Below, in pieces: positions 1-20,100 of a stretch of 64,000 nucleotides of DNA (position 1 is the first letter of the stretch; the number at the start of each line of letters is the position of its first letter). The position numbers were made by a program, and so were the translations under genes. The stretch spans positions 186,001 through 250,000 of the forward strand of contig NIVC01001124.1 of assembly GCA_002269645.1 (NCBI GenBank). The letters are read 5' to 3'. Below the pieces are notes generated by a model. It searched no databases, was not told the origin of the DNA, and worked only from the letters and a program-made list of their open reading frames with translations. Source of the stretch: Macrostomum lignano. Lineage: Eukaryota.

Positions 1-469
1 GTCCCTAGACCTTGCCTTTCGATTTTGACTTAAATTATGTACATTATAAGTTATTGATTCAATTTACACAAATATCATATTTATTTACTCGCAACCGACT
101 TGTTAGTTCAAATAAACCTGAAGATGCACATTGTAGCGCGAAACGCGTCGTCTCATTGGACCTATGTTGATTTTCGGTCTCCTCTTCATAAGCGTGATAA
201 TCGGCCATAAGATTGAGATGAGTTTGCTGCCATCGATCTGATCAAAATCATGTCCTAATCTGATCAAACAAATGGCGAAGCACTGCAGCAGGAGGTGACT
301 GCACAGTAAAAAAAAATTTAACATCAGAGTCAAATTTAGGAGAAGAGCCATTGTCTTAAACTCTGACTTCCAATGAACCCTCCATTCCTGTCAAGCAACA
401 CTTCGCCTTTTTTAGTATCTATCGATAGAGACAAACGGAACACTGTAATTACTTGCCCAGGCCAGCGGT

Positions 470-1160
470 ACCCAGGCCAAGAAGCGTCCCAGAGTCTCTT
501 GCGTGGCACCAGAGTCGTTTCAGAGTCGTTGCAGATGACACAGGTAAAATTGGAAAGTGACTCTAAATGACTCTAGAACGACGAGATGTCACGGTGCAAG
601 GCGCCAAAAAGTCATCAAAGAGTCGCTCAAGAATCACTTTGAAGCTTTTTTTTGCCTGCGACTCTGAAACGACTCTGGGACGACGCAAGTGACTCTGGGG
701 CTGTAGAGTCGTATTTGAGGTGTGCTAGAGTCGCTGTAGAGTCACTGAGTTGTGTTTGAAGCGCATTTGCGTCGCTTGATGAATTAGAGTCACATCTCCA
801 GCAAAATTTAAGCGCCGACACAACGATTCTTGGACGACTCTTTCGCGACTCTTTCACGATTCTGCAATTCACGTGACGCGCTTGTGACGCAACAGTCGCC
901 TCTCCGTCGCATTAGACGCGTTTGAGTCGTTAAAAAGTCACAAGAGTTGCCCAAGAGTCGCTAAGAGTCACAAGCCAAAAGTCAAAAGTCACGAGCCAAA
1001 AGTCACAAGAGTTGCCCAAGAGTCGCTAAGAGTCACAAGCCAAAAGTCAAAAGTCACGAGCCAAAAGTCGCAAGGGTTGCCCAAGAGTCGCTAAGAGTCG
1101 CTAGTAGTTGTTTGCAATGACCCTTTAGCGATTCTTGTCACGGTAACATTTTCAACGGGT
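470..1160. repeat. Dispersed repeat / probable non-autonomous transposon remnant rich in GAGTCG/GACTCT motifs, with an internal ~59-bp tandem duplication (937-1100)
   Basis: Segment ~795-885 (cagcaaaatttaagcgccgacacaacgattct...ctgcaattcacgtgacgcgct) is clearly homologous to ~25780-25885. No convincing TIR or TSD was found, so the boundaries are approximate. Confidence 0.55.
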
Positions 1161-1803
1161 TGACCAAGGAGAATCAGGAATCAGGAATCACAACGACCGC
1201 GCGTTTATATTTGCACCAAATCATAAATTACCAAAGGATCGATGATCTTTCGCAACATGGTTATTAATATTTGTTTGCATAGCATTTTCGTTTACTTTTA
1301 CTTATAGTAGAGTAGTAAGTAATAAAGTAAGAGTCATTCATTTCGGTCTTAAAACGTATGCAGAATAGCTTATTCTGCATCAATTGAGGACAGACAAAAC
1401 CATCGACAATCCGTGTGTGAAATCAAGCGGAAGAAAATTGGACCACTTTTTACATTGAGTTGCCTGTAAAAGTTAACAATTTATAACAATGTAAAACAAA
1501 GAGACAAGAACAATCAGAAGTTTGGAAGCCAAAACCCGGCCTCCCAGTGAGATTTGCAAGACCTGCAGTGTAGCATACTTTTAATTTTGCTGTATTTTGG
1601 ATACAAAATTTCCAAAAGAGATGTTCAAACGGTTTCTCAGAAAAATGACGTGTATTTGATTTTATTCAATGAAAAAGAGGAATATGAATAAACAGTGACC
1701 GAGAACTGTCATATTTTACAGAATTTACTCGAAAAATGAAGAATTACCGCTAACTCGGTCGAGAATCCACGATTTGCACAACTAACAGCTACTAATAATA
1801 CTA

Positions 1804-2978
1804 CTACTGACTGGACGGAGTGACAGTAGTCTGTACAGAGTTTCTGAGTCTGTGAGATTTGCTCATGGAGAGAACGAACAGAACCATGAGCAGCAGAGCC
1901 ACCACCAGAGCTACTGAGATCCACAGTCGGTACTGGCAGATGGCAGCGCAGATTTTCCTCCGGCCGGACTTGGCCGGACTTGAGCACTCGTCTAGCTGTC
2001 GAATCTCGCCGTCCGAAGCTCGAGTGTGCCTCTGCCACGAGACTGATTTCTTACTTTGCCGCCGTTGCTGTCGCAGGAGCTGCATACTCTGCGCCGCCTC
2101 CAAGTCTTCATCTTCTTGTGAGTCTGAGCCATTGATCGCTGGCGGCAGGCAAAATTCGTTCTCAAGCTTTGATAGAGCAATACGAGATGTTTCTAAGAAA
2201 TTTTGGCGCGATTTCAAACTGTCCGGATCGCCGTCGGTGTTGCCGGAATCGGCGTGTCGCTTGAGCAGCTGTAGAGTCTCGCTGAGTTCATCCAGGCTCC
2301 ACTTCACACTGCGAATGCCGTTCTTGACGGCCCCTGATTCCGTTGTGAAGGATTCAATTTTCTTATATTACTACTGATCTGTCATAAACTGAGTAGCAAG
2401 TTATAAAATAAAAACTTCACAAACTGACATTAAGCGTTATTTTTCTCGTATTTCTAATCAAATTGGGGAGAGTATACCCTCGCCATATCCCTAGTATACC
2501 CTCCCCATATCCCTAGTATACCCGCCCCATAGTATACCCTTCCCCATATCCCTAGTATACCCGCCCCATATCCCTAGTATACCCGCCCCATAGTATACCC
2601 TTCCCCATATCCCTAGTATACCCGCCCCATATCCCTAGTATACTCTCCCCATATCCCTTAGTATACCCTCCCAGATCCCCAGTATATCCTCCCTATGTTC
2701 CCAGTCTCCCAGTAGTTCATGGGATAACCAGGTTGCATTGCTATACGCCTTCAAAAGGCAACTAAACAAAATACACTGTATCTGAAATCCCCACGGAACT
2801 ATTAACAGTAAGCTAAGGCATTACCTTCCAGCTCCTGCAGCTCAAACTCCATAGCTTCGGTCCACTGGCCGCCGCTGTCTCGAGTGCAACGCAGGTTCCT
2901 CCAAGTCTCCGCGGTGGCCAGCAGGCGCTCAAAAGACGCCGCGGCCTCTCGCTGATCCAGCATGAACGGGTCGGTCAT
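1804..2978 (-). CDS. Syntaxin-6/10-like protein, about 227 aa, 2 exons: 2978-2825 and 2333-1804
   Basis: Exon 1 begins MTDPFM (syntaxin-6 N-terminal DPF motif) and ends at donor G|GTAAT, phase 1. Exon 2 follows acceptor AATCAG|, phase-compatible, and encodes AVKNGIRSVKWSLDELSETL, resembling STX6 LRNNLRSIEWDLEDLDETI. A C-terminal hydrophobic anchor LWISVALVVALLLMVLFVL is present. Confidence 0.75.
2475..2700. repeat. ~20-bp minisatellite (ccccatatccctagtatacc) in the syntaxin intron
   Basis: Direct reading. A solo unit also lies at ~3071-3090. Confidence 0.9.
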
Positions 2979-3325
2979 GTGGCTGCTGCTGCAACTGCTG
3001 CTTTTGCTCTCGTTTCCTGCTTCTGCCGCACAACGCATGATTTAATAATTTCTTTCGAATAATTTCCAGGTCCCTAGTATACCCTCCCTATATGCAATGG
3101 ACTTCTTTGAAAATGCAGGCCAATGTAGCTATAATTAAAGTAGCTGACTTTATCTTATCAACGGCCGAACTCAATTTTTGGTTAGAGACTTCTGCTTGAG
3201 CTGGGCCCCACGGCGCGGAAACAACCGCTGACTGAGGTCTCAGGTTGGGTGCCAGTTTTTCAAGGAGTAGAAAATGGAAACGTTGCTTGTGGTTAATATG
3301 TGCATATATATTTATATTGAATGAG

Positions 3326-3776
<451 letters not shown>

Positions 3777-4402
3777 CCAGTTGGGTCAATCGCAATCACT
3801 TGCAGCCTGAGGAGGGCGGTCATGAATAGTAGATGAAGCTGCAGCCTAGGCTGGCACTGCAGCAGCCCTAATTACTGAGGGGTGGCGGCCAAGGCAGAGC
3901 GGCTCCGCTCCACTCCGGCCAGAGGGGCGACCGGCCGTCCATCGTGTCCGACCCCCTCCCGCGGACTTGCATAAAAAGGCGAGCGATGCCAAAACCGCAG
4001 AGACAGGCCAAACTACAAAACTTTCCCAGCATATCGCGTGTCGGCCAGCTCTGTGAGAGCCGCTAACAGCTTCACTCACACCTATTTTATATTGGAGAGA
4101 CGGCGCCATGCTGCTTAAAAGGGCCCCTAGGCGAAGGGCAATAATGTGCGAGTCCTTTCCTGTTTGAGGAGGCGAAATCTCGCTCGCAGAAGAAAAAGCA
4201 GAAGAAACTACGCGCATAGAAGTCGCGCATCGTTTGGCTTGAATTACACTCCACTCCGCAAGTCACAGTTTCAGTCTGAGCCAGGCTTTTCCGCTGGGCA
4301 GCCTTTATAAACTGGCAGAGCGGAGACAGCCCCACACGCAGGCTCCCAACTCCCGACCAAGAGCGTTCGTGCCTATTTTCTGTAGCCCAGCAGAAACCAG
4401 CA

Positions 4403-10590
<6,188 letters not shown>

Positions 10591-10608
<18 letters not shown>

Positions 10609-11828
10609 CCTGCCTGAGGGAATACTGACCTGCCTGAGGGATTACTGACCTGCTTGAGGGATTACTGACCTGCCTGAGGGATTACTGACCTGCCTGAGGG
10701 ATTAGTGACCTGCCTGAGGGATTACTGACGTGCCTGTGGGAGTACTGACCTGCCTGAGGGAGTACTGACCTGCCTGAGGAAGTACTGACCTGCCTGAGGG
10801 ATTACTGACGTGCCTTTGGGAGTACTGACCTGCCTGAGGGAGTACTGACCTGCCTGAGGGAGTACTGACCTGCCTGATGGATTACTGACCTGCCCGAGGG
10901 ATTACTGACGTGCCTGTGGGAGTACTGACCTGCCTGAGGGAGTACTGACCTGCCTGAGGGAGTACTGACGTGCCTGTGGGAGTACTGACCTGCCTGAGGG
11001 AGTACTGACCTGCCTGAGGGATTAGTGACCTGCCTGAGGGATTACTGACGTGCCTGTGGGAGTACTGACCTGCCTGAGGGAGTACTGACCTGCCTGAGGG
11101 ATTACTGACGTGCCTGTGGGAGTACTGACCTGCCTGAGGGAGTACTGACCTGCCTGGGGGATTACTGACTTTCCTGATGGATTACTGACTTGCTTGAGGG
11201 ATTACTGACCTGCCTGAGAGATTACTGACCTGCCTGAGGGATTACTGACTTGCCTGAGAGATTACTGACATGCCTGATGGATTACTGACCTGCCTGAGAG
11301 ATTACTGACCTGCCTGAGAGATTACTGACCTGCCTGAGGGATTACTGACTTGCCTGATGGATTACTGACTTGCCTGATGGATTACTGACTTGCTTGAGGG
11401 ATTACTGACTTGCCTGATGGATTACTGACTTGCTTGAGGGATTACTGACCTGCCTGAGAGATTACTGACCTGCCTGATGGATTACTGACTTGCCTGAGGG
11501 ATTACTGACCTGCCTGATGGATTACTGACTTGCTTGAGGGATTACTGACTTGCCTGATGGATTACTGACTTGCTTGAGGGATTACTGACCTGCCTGAGAG
11601 ATTACTGACCTGCCTGATGGATTACTGACTTGCCTGAGGGATTACTGACCTGCCTGAGAGATTACTGACCTGCCTGATGGATTACTGACTTGCCTGATGG
11701 ATTACTTACCTGCCTGATGGATTACTGACTTGCCGGATGGATTACTGACTTGCCTGAGGGATTACTGACCTGCCTGAGAGATTACTGACCTGCCTGATGG
11801 ATTACTGACTTGCCTGAGGGATTACTGA
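10591..11828. repeat. 20-bp minisatellite whose first unit is the last codons plus stop of fascin (tgcctgtgggagtactgacc)
   Basis: Direct reading; about 60 units. Confidence 0.97.
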
Positions 11829-12299
11829 GAACTGCATGAAGGTTAAATTAAATAACTGAACATTAACCACCTTGAATGTAGAATTGAATCATGGATAATT
11901 AAGAATGCTAGGGGTTACGAGTATTGTTAGCATAAATGTACTTTTAATAAGCAACTTCAAACATACCAAGTCTCCAACAATTAATATACCATACTTTTTG
12001 TTCGTACATAGTTGTTGTGTACCGCAATAAATCTTGTGCAATAAAACACTCCCTCACACGCTCACAATGTGTAATATTTCAACTAATTAGTTTCACAAAC
12101 TACACTATAAAATGCCTATTGAGCTAGCACGTAAGATAGTACGGGCTAACTGTGCGTTGATAATTTTCTGCTTCTCCTAGAAGCAATTGATAAGAATGAG
12201 ACGCACCATATTTTGATTTGCACCTTCACCAGGGGTCGGCAAACTCTTTTACCCTGAGGGCCGAGATAAAGAATGCAGCTCATGTGGTGCGGGACAGAT

Positions 12300-13345
12300 G
12301 AGAAAGGAAAGGTGAGAGAATAGATGACAGATGAGAGAAGAGGGGAGAGAGAAGAGAGAGGAGAAGAGGGAGGGAAGAGGAGAGGAGATAGAGCAGAGGG
12401 GAGAGAGAAGAAGGGAGAGAGGAGAGGAGAGAGAGGAGAGGGGAGAGAGAAGAGGAGAGAGGAGAGGAGAGAGAGGAGAGGGGAGAGAGAAGAGGAGAGA
12501 GGAGAGGAGAGAGAGGAGAGGGGAGAGAGGGAGAGAGGAGAGGAGAGAGGAGAGGGGAGAGAGAAGAGGGGAGAGAAGATAGAGCAGAGGGGAGAGAGGA
12601 GAGGAGAGAGGAGTGAGGGAGAGCGGAGAGAGGAGAGGAGTGAGGGAGAGAGGAGAGGAGAGGAGAGAGGAGAGGAGAGAGGAGTGAGGGAGAGAGGAGA
12701 GAGGAGAGAAGTGAGGGAGAGAGGAGAGAAGAGGAGAGAGGAGAGAGGAGTGAGGGAGAGAGGAGAGGAGAGAGGAGAGGGGAGAGAGCAGAGGGGAGAG
12801 AGGAGAGGAGTGAGGGAGAGAGGAGAGGAGAGGAGAGAGGAGAGGAGAGAGGAGTGAGGGAGAGAGGAGAGGAGAGAGGAGTGAGGGAGAGAGGAGAGGA
12901 GAGAGGAGTGAGGGAGAGAGAAGAGGAGAGAGGAGTGAGGGAGAGAGGAGAGGAGAGAGGAGTGAGGGAGAGAGGAGAGGAGAGAGGAGTGAGGGAGAGA
13001 GGAGAGGAGAGAGGAGTGAGGGAGAGAGGAGAGGAGAGAGGAGAGGAGAGAGGAGTGAGGGAGAGAGGAGAGGAGAGAGGAGTGAGGGAGAGAGGAGAGG
13101 AGAGAGGAGTGAGGGAGAGAGGAGAGGAGAGAGGAGTGAGGGAGAGAGGAGAGGAGAGAGGAGAGGAGAGAGGAGTGAGGGAGAGAGGAGAGGAGAGAGG
13201 AGAGGAGAGAGGAGTGAGGGAGAGAGGAGAGGAGAGAGGAGTGAGGGAGAGAGGAGAGGAGAGAGGAGTGAGGGAGAGAGGAGAGGAGAGAGGAGTGAGG
13301 GAGAGGAGAGAGGGAGGAGAGAGAGAGAGGAGGGTAGAGAAGAGA
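12300..13345. repeat. Polypurine (GAGAG/GGAGA) low-complexity array
   Basis: Direct reading. Confidence 0.95.
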
Positions 13346-14092
13346 GAAGAGATGCAGCCCTGAGCGGACGGCATTGGTATTGTGAAGTTTCAAAGGACCC
13401 GAGGGCGGGAGTTTGCTCACCCCTGACCTATACAGATCTCATTCGTATGATCCTTAGCGGAAATTAATATACATGTATATAGCTCAGTTAGAATACCCCA
13501 GCTCCAACTATTATATTAAATAAAGCATTCGCTCACTATCTGAAGGCTTGATGTGCCATTCAAGCCGGCAAATTAATTGGACGAATAAATTGAGTACTGT
13601 CTCAATTTACACATATTGTCTGGCCTCGCAATATTAGAGAAAGGGAAGATGTGCAGCCTGATAATTAATTGGTCAAGCTCTATATCAACAAACAATAGGC
13701 AGTATTTATTAATTATAATCATAAACAAATACGTAGTTTTCCAACAACAGTCGAGTTTAAAGCGGTAGAAAAAATCAAAAAGTTGAATGCGTGCAAATTT
13801 TTAACAGCAAAGAATAGCAAAGAAAATTTGATATTTGAAACTGGGCCAAGGGCGTTTAGCAGAGTGCCATGGACAGCGCAGTTAATGAACTGAATACATA
13901 ATCATATATATAAGTTATTTTCAAGTACAGCTCTTCAGATGAAACCTGCTGACAATCGGGAAAAACAAGCGACAAAAAAGCAGAAAACAGGGCAAAGAGA
14001 AGAGAGGAGTTATGCTTCTGAATCTGATTTATTTAGCAGAAATTAAAGTCTACAATCTGCAATCGGTATAGCTACCCACACTCTGCAGTTAG

Positions 14093-14832
14093 ATACCTAT
14101 AGATACCTATGGTAGATACCTATAAAGGTAGCCCCGCAATCTGCAATCTGGGGAACATACCTATAAAGGTACCAACAATCTGAAATCTGGGGAACATACC
14201 CTAAAAAGGTAGCCCCACAATCTGAAATCTGGGGTACATACCTATAAAGGTACCAACAATCTGAAATCTGGGGAACATACCCTAAAAAGGTAGCCCCACA
14301 ATCTGAAATCTGGGGTACATACCTATAAAGGTAGCCCCACAATCTGAAATCTGGGGTACATACCTATAAAGGTAGCCCCACAATCTGAAATCTGGGGTAC
14401 ATACCTATAAAGGTAGCCCCACAATCTGAAATCTGGGGTACATACCTATAAAGGTAGCCCCACAATCTGAAATCTGAGGTACATACCTATAAAGGTACCA
14501 ACAATCTGAAATCTGGGGAACATACCCTAAAAAGGTAGCCCCACAATCTGAAATCTGGGGTACATACCTATAAAGGTAGCCCCACAATCTGAAATCTGGG
14601 GTACATACCTATAAAGGTAGCCCCACAATCTGAAATCTGGGGTACATACCTATAAAGATAGCCCCACAAACTGAAATCTGGGGTACATACCTATAAAGGT
14701 ACCCACAATCTGCAATCTGGGGTACATACCTATAAAGGTACCCACAATCTGCAATCTGGGGTACATACCTATAAAGGTACCCACAATCTGCAATCTGGGG
14801 TACATACCTATAAAGGTAGCCCCACAATCTAA
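14093..14832. repeat. ~36-39-bp minisatellite (tacatacctataaaggtagccccacaatctgaaatctgggg)
   Basis: Direct reading. Confidence 0.95.
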
Positions 14833-15963
14833 AATCTTGGGTGGAGTCGTGTGCGGGTTATAAAAACTGATGACACACGGAGACAAATAGAATTGCGAAA
14901 CTGTGCGACCTGAACAAAAAATGAAAAAAAGAAAGTTCGTTATTTGATTAGGCACAAAATTGTTAATAGGTTGTTTGTCTCAAATTCATCTCTGTGCTTG
15001 TGTTGCGGAATTGCTGAGAGACTTAAAAAGTGGCCGCATACAAAAATTCAGTGTACACTAAAAAGACAATAAAAACTGTCAATACTTTAACACAAAAGCC
15101 ATGCTAATAAGCGGGAGACACCTGGATTCTTCGATCAGTGCACTAAATAATCCCGAAATTCTAACTACCGATATGTATCGAACTATGTAAGTATATTAAA
15201 ATACAGGTGTCTCTTTGGGTAGACAGTGGACTAGTTGGCTACATTATTAGCCTACTTAATGTGTTATATATGACCGAGACAAAATATATCATATTTTTAC
15301 GAGCATAAAATATAGTTAGAGATCGAAAAAGAAACACAAAATAGAGAAATAAAAACTCCGAAATTCTGCGGGCGTATGTACAAAGATTCAAGGTGGAACG
15401 AATGGGTAAACAAATCAGACTGGATAGAAAAAACAACTTATATTCGAACTTGTGCACTCACACGCAAACTGCACTACTTACAGAGTAGGGAAAAAGAAAA
15501 AGTAGCGATAATTTCTCACTATAGTTGAATATATATTATTATTATTATTATTAACCAGACGCTGGCTCAGGGGTCAGCAAAGCACCCGTTGGTGGAAAAC
15601 AGCTGAGTCCAGCCTAGCTGCAGACTGAGGGGTAAGGCCCAGAGCCTGCAAGTCAGTGAATATATATGTGCCTACTATAAGTAGTTCAAAAGTTTCCTTT
15701 TTAAGTGGACATATTTTTTAGCATTGAAAATATGAATTATTTGTTGGTCAGTAAGCGACTATTAAAATCAATCAAAATCGACTATATTTATATAATTTAT
15801 AGGCCTCCTTTCTATAGACACAGATTAATCGATCAACTGTTCTAAATCATCAAGAATATACACTAAACGACTGATTTTTTGAAACGTAATTAATGGGATT
15901 GTTAAAGCAGAAATCATGCACACCAAAAGATATAAAAATATCTGTTGCAGTAATTACATGTAC

Positions 15964-16980
15964 ATCTCACCCCTAAACCTGTCCATCTCACCCCTAAACC
16001 TGTCCATCTCACCCCTAAACCTGTCCATCTCACCCCTAAACCTGTCCATCTCACCCCTAAACCTGTCCATCTCATCCCTAAACCTGTCCATCTCACCCCT
16101 AAACCTGTCCATCTCACCCCTAAACCTGTCCATCTCACCCCTAAACCTGTCCATCTCACCCCTAAACCTGTCCATCTCACCCCTAAACCTGTCCATCTCA
16201 ATTCTAAACCTGTCCATCTCACTCCTAAACCTGTCCATCTCAATTCTAAACCTGTTCATCTCAACCCCTAAACCTGTCCATCTCACCCCTAAACCTGTCC
16301 ATCTCACTCCTAAACCTGTCCATCTCATTTCTAAACCTGTCCATCTCACCCCTAAACCTGTCCATCTCACCCCTAAACCTGTCCATCTCACCCCTAAACC
16401 TGTCCATCTCATTTCTAAACCTGTTCATCTCACCCCTAAACCTGTCCATCTCATTTCTAAACCTGTTCATCTCACCCCTACCCCTGTCCATCTCACCCCT
16501 AAACCTGTCCATCTCACTCCTAAACCTGTCCATCTCAATTCTAAACCTGTTCATCTCAACCCCTAAACCTGTCCATCTCACCCCTAAACCTGTCCATCTC
16601 ACTCCTAAACCTGTCCATCTCATTTCTAAACCTGTCCATCTCACTCCTAAACCTGTCCATCTCACCCCTAACCCTGTCCATCTCACCCCTAAACCTGTCC
16701 ATCTCACTCCTAAACCTGTCCATCTCATTTCTAAACCTGTTCATCTCAACCCCTAAACCTGTCCATCTCATTTCTAAACCTGTCCATCTCACTCCTAAAC
16801 CTGTCCATCTTACCCCTAAACCTGTCCATCTCACTCCTAAACCTGTCCATCTCACCCCTAAACCTGTCCATCTCACCCCTAAACATGTCCATCTCACCCC
16901 TAAACCTGTCCATCTCACTCCTAAACCTGTCCATCTCACTTCTAAACCTGTCTATTTCACTCCTAAACCTGTCCCTAAAC
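15964..16980. repeat. 21-bp minisatellite (cctaaacctgtccatctcacc)
   Basis: Direct reading. Confidence 0.96.
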
Positions 16981-17111
16981 CATCCTTAATATCAGAGTAT
17001 TTTAACCCTGTCTGTAACTGGCTAACAAGAAAAAGTGGAGCACAGAAAATCAGGTATAAAAAATAAAAAATTTCTGCACAGAAAAGCACAGTGGAGTCGG
17101 GTCAGACAATT

Positions 17112-20100
17112 TTACTCTGCCTCCGCCATGAGAGCGGACACAAAAATGCGCCTGAGGATGGGCTGGCGGCACAACGGGCAGAGGCTCAGGCTAGTCGAGC
17201 AGGCCTCGCAGCAACAGACGTGGCCGCAATTCAAGAACAGCGTGTCCGGCGTAGCGTCCATGCAGACGCAGCAGCCGGTTGATTCGGCTGTCCGGGCTCG
17301 AACCACGGACACCGGCTGAGGCTCGCTAGCCGGGGCCACTAGCGCCATAGGCGGCGCGCTCGGCTCCAGCTTCTCTCTACACGCGGCGGCTTCTTCATCA
17401 AATTTATCCGGCGGATGGCCAGACTCCTTGTTGTCGTTCTCAGCTTCACTGTCGTCAAGATCGTCGCCTAGAGCGGCCAGCTCGGCGATGATGGCTCGCC
17501 GGACGCCCAGCTCCCGGATGCCGATGGTGTCGCGCAGGTCAGCGTCGTCGGCGCACAGTCGTAGCCGCTTTAAGTTGAGCACGCGGTGGCGCAGGAATTG
17601 CGGCTCGTAGGACTGCAACGAGAATTGGATTTGTTTGCACTGTTGCTATGCGATTCATATTCGCCTGAGACTGAGGATTCGAGCTTGGGAGCGCCTTAGA
17701 GATTTGCAGGATGGTTGCGGACAAACTGACGTAAGCTTTCGGCGACATGGCCGCACAAACCGCAGCTGAGATTAAAGATCTAAGCTGGCAGTTTGAGGAT
17801 CTGAGCTGGAATATTGAGAATCTCAGCTGGGATATTGAGGATCTGAGCTGGGGGATAGAGGATTTGAGCTGGAATATTGAGGATCTGAGCTGGAATATTG
17901 AGAATCTCAGCTGGGATATTGAGGATCTGAGCTGGAATATTGAGAATCTCAGCTGGGATATTGAGGATCTGAGCTGGGGGTTAGAGCATCTGAGCTGGAA
18001 GTTTGAGGGTCTGAGTTGGGAGATTGAGGATCTGAGCTGGGATATTGAGAATCTCAGCTGGGATATTGAGGATCTGAGCTGGAATATTGAGAATCTCAGC
18101 TGGGAGATTGAGGATCTGAGCTGGGGGATAGAGCATCTGAGCTGGGGGATAGAGCATCTGAGCTGGAAGTTTGAGGGTCTGAGTTGGGAGATTGAGCATC
18201 TGAGCTGGGGGATAGAGCATCTGAGCTGGAAGTTTGAGGGTCTGAGTTGGGAGATTGAGGATCTGAGCTGGGATATTGAGAATCTCAGCTGGGATATTGA
18301 GGATCTGAGCTGGAATATTGAGAATCTCAGCTGGGAGATTGAGGATCTGAGCTGGGGGATAGAGCATCTGAGCTGGGGGATAGAGCATCTGAGCTGGAAG
18401 TTTGAGGGTCTGAGTTGGGAGATTGAGCATCTGAGCTGGGGGATAGAGCATCTGAGCTGGGGGATAGAGCATCTGAGCTGGGGGATAGAGCATCTGAGCT
18501 GGGGGTTAGAGCATCTGAGCTGGAAGTTTGATGGTCTGAGTTGGGAGATTGAGGATCTGAGCTGGGATATTGAGAATCTCAGCTGGGATATTGAGGATCT
18601 GAGCTGGAATATTGAGAATCTCAGCTGGGATTGAGGATCTGAGCTGGGGGATGGAGCATCTGAGCTGGGGGATAGAGCATCTGAGCTGGAAGTTTGAGGG
18701 TCTGAGTTGGGAGATTGAGGATCTGAGCTGCGATATTGAGGGTCTGAGTTGGGATATTGAGGATCTGAGCTGGAATATTGAGAATCTCAGCTGGGATATT
18801 GAGGATCTGAGCTGGAATATTGAGAATCTCAGCTGGGGGATAGAACATCTGAGCTGGAAGTTTGAGGGTCTGAGTTGGGAGATTGAGGATCTGAGCTGGA
18901 ATATTGAGAATCTCAGCTGGGATATTGAGGATCTGAGCTGGGGGATAGAGGATTTGAGCTGGGGGATAGAGCATCTGAGCTGGAAGTTTGAGGGTCTGAG
19001 TTGGGAGATTGAGGATCTGAGCTGGGATATTGAGGGTCTGAGTTAGGAGATTGAGGATCTGAGCTGCGATATTGAGGGTCTGAGTTGGGAGATTGAAGAT
19101 CTGAGCTGGGAGATTGAGGATCTGAGCTGGAATATTGAGAATCTCAGCCGGGATATTGAGGATCTGAGCTGGGGGATAGAGGATTTGAGCTGAGGGATAG
19201 AGCATCTGAGCTGGAAGTTTGAGGGTCTGAGTTGGGAGATTGAGGATCTGAGCTGGGATATTGAGGGTCTGAGTTGGGAGATTGAGGATCTGAGCTGGGA
19301 TTTTGAGGGTCTGAGTTGGGTGATTGAGGATTGGAGCTGAGAGATTGAGGATTGGAGCTGGGAGATTGAGGATTTGAGCTGGGAGAGATTGAGAATCTGA
19401 GCAGGCAGATTAAGGATAGGATCTGGCAGTTTGAGAATCTGCTGGGGATAGAGGATCTGAACTGGGAGTTTGAGGATCTGAGCTGCGAGATTGAGGATCT
19501 GAGCTTGGGGATTAAGGAACGGAGCTGTCAGTTTGAGGACCTGAGCTTGAGTACGCCATAGATTGACAGGATTTCAGACTGTGAACTATGAGTCCTGCAT
19601 GAGCAAAAATCTTAGCAAAGCACAGCCTGGTCGCAAGCTGCTAACCTGCGCCCCGGCCTTAGCCAACAGTTTGGTCAGTCTGACGCTCAGCCCGGGCTCC
19701 AGCTGTCCAGGCCGGCGCTCCATCAGCCGCTGGAACTGCACCAGCCAATAGTCGATCTGGTCCGCTTTGCGCTGCTCTTCCAGCTCCGCCAGCCGTTTGG
19801 TGAGCTCGTTGGCTCGCTTGGTCCGCTCGTCCATGAGCTGCTGCAGCAGGCGGATCAGGGCGTCGCGCTTGGCGGCCAGTGCGGTCAGGCTGGCGTCAGA
19901 ACGGTCGCGACGGCGCTGCATCTCGGCTCGGGTGATGGCGCACAGCTCGCGCTCGATTAGTGACACCTGCGGATGAGATGTTGAGCACGAGATTTAGTAG
20001 GATAAATGGAGATTTAGTAGGATAAATGGCCAATTCTAAGCAAAGCATCAAAAAAGCGCAGAATCGAACCTCCTGACAGAGTCGCTGACTCTTGTAGTCG

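Noticed and set aside
103-351. 82-aa minus-strand ORF with plausible splice sites
   Set aside because: No recognisable homology and no partner exons in the window; it cannot be supported.
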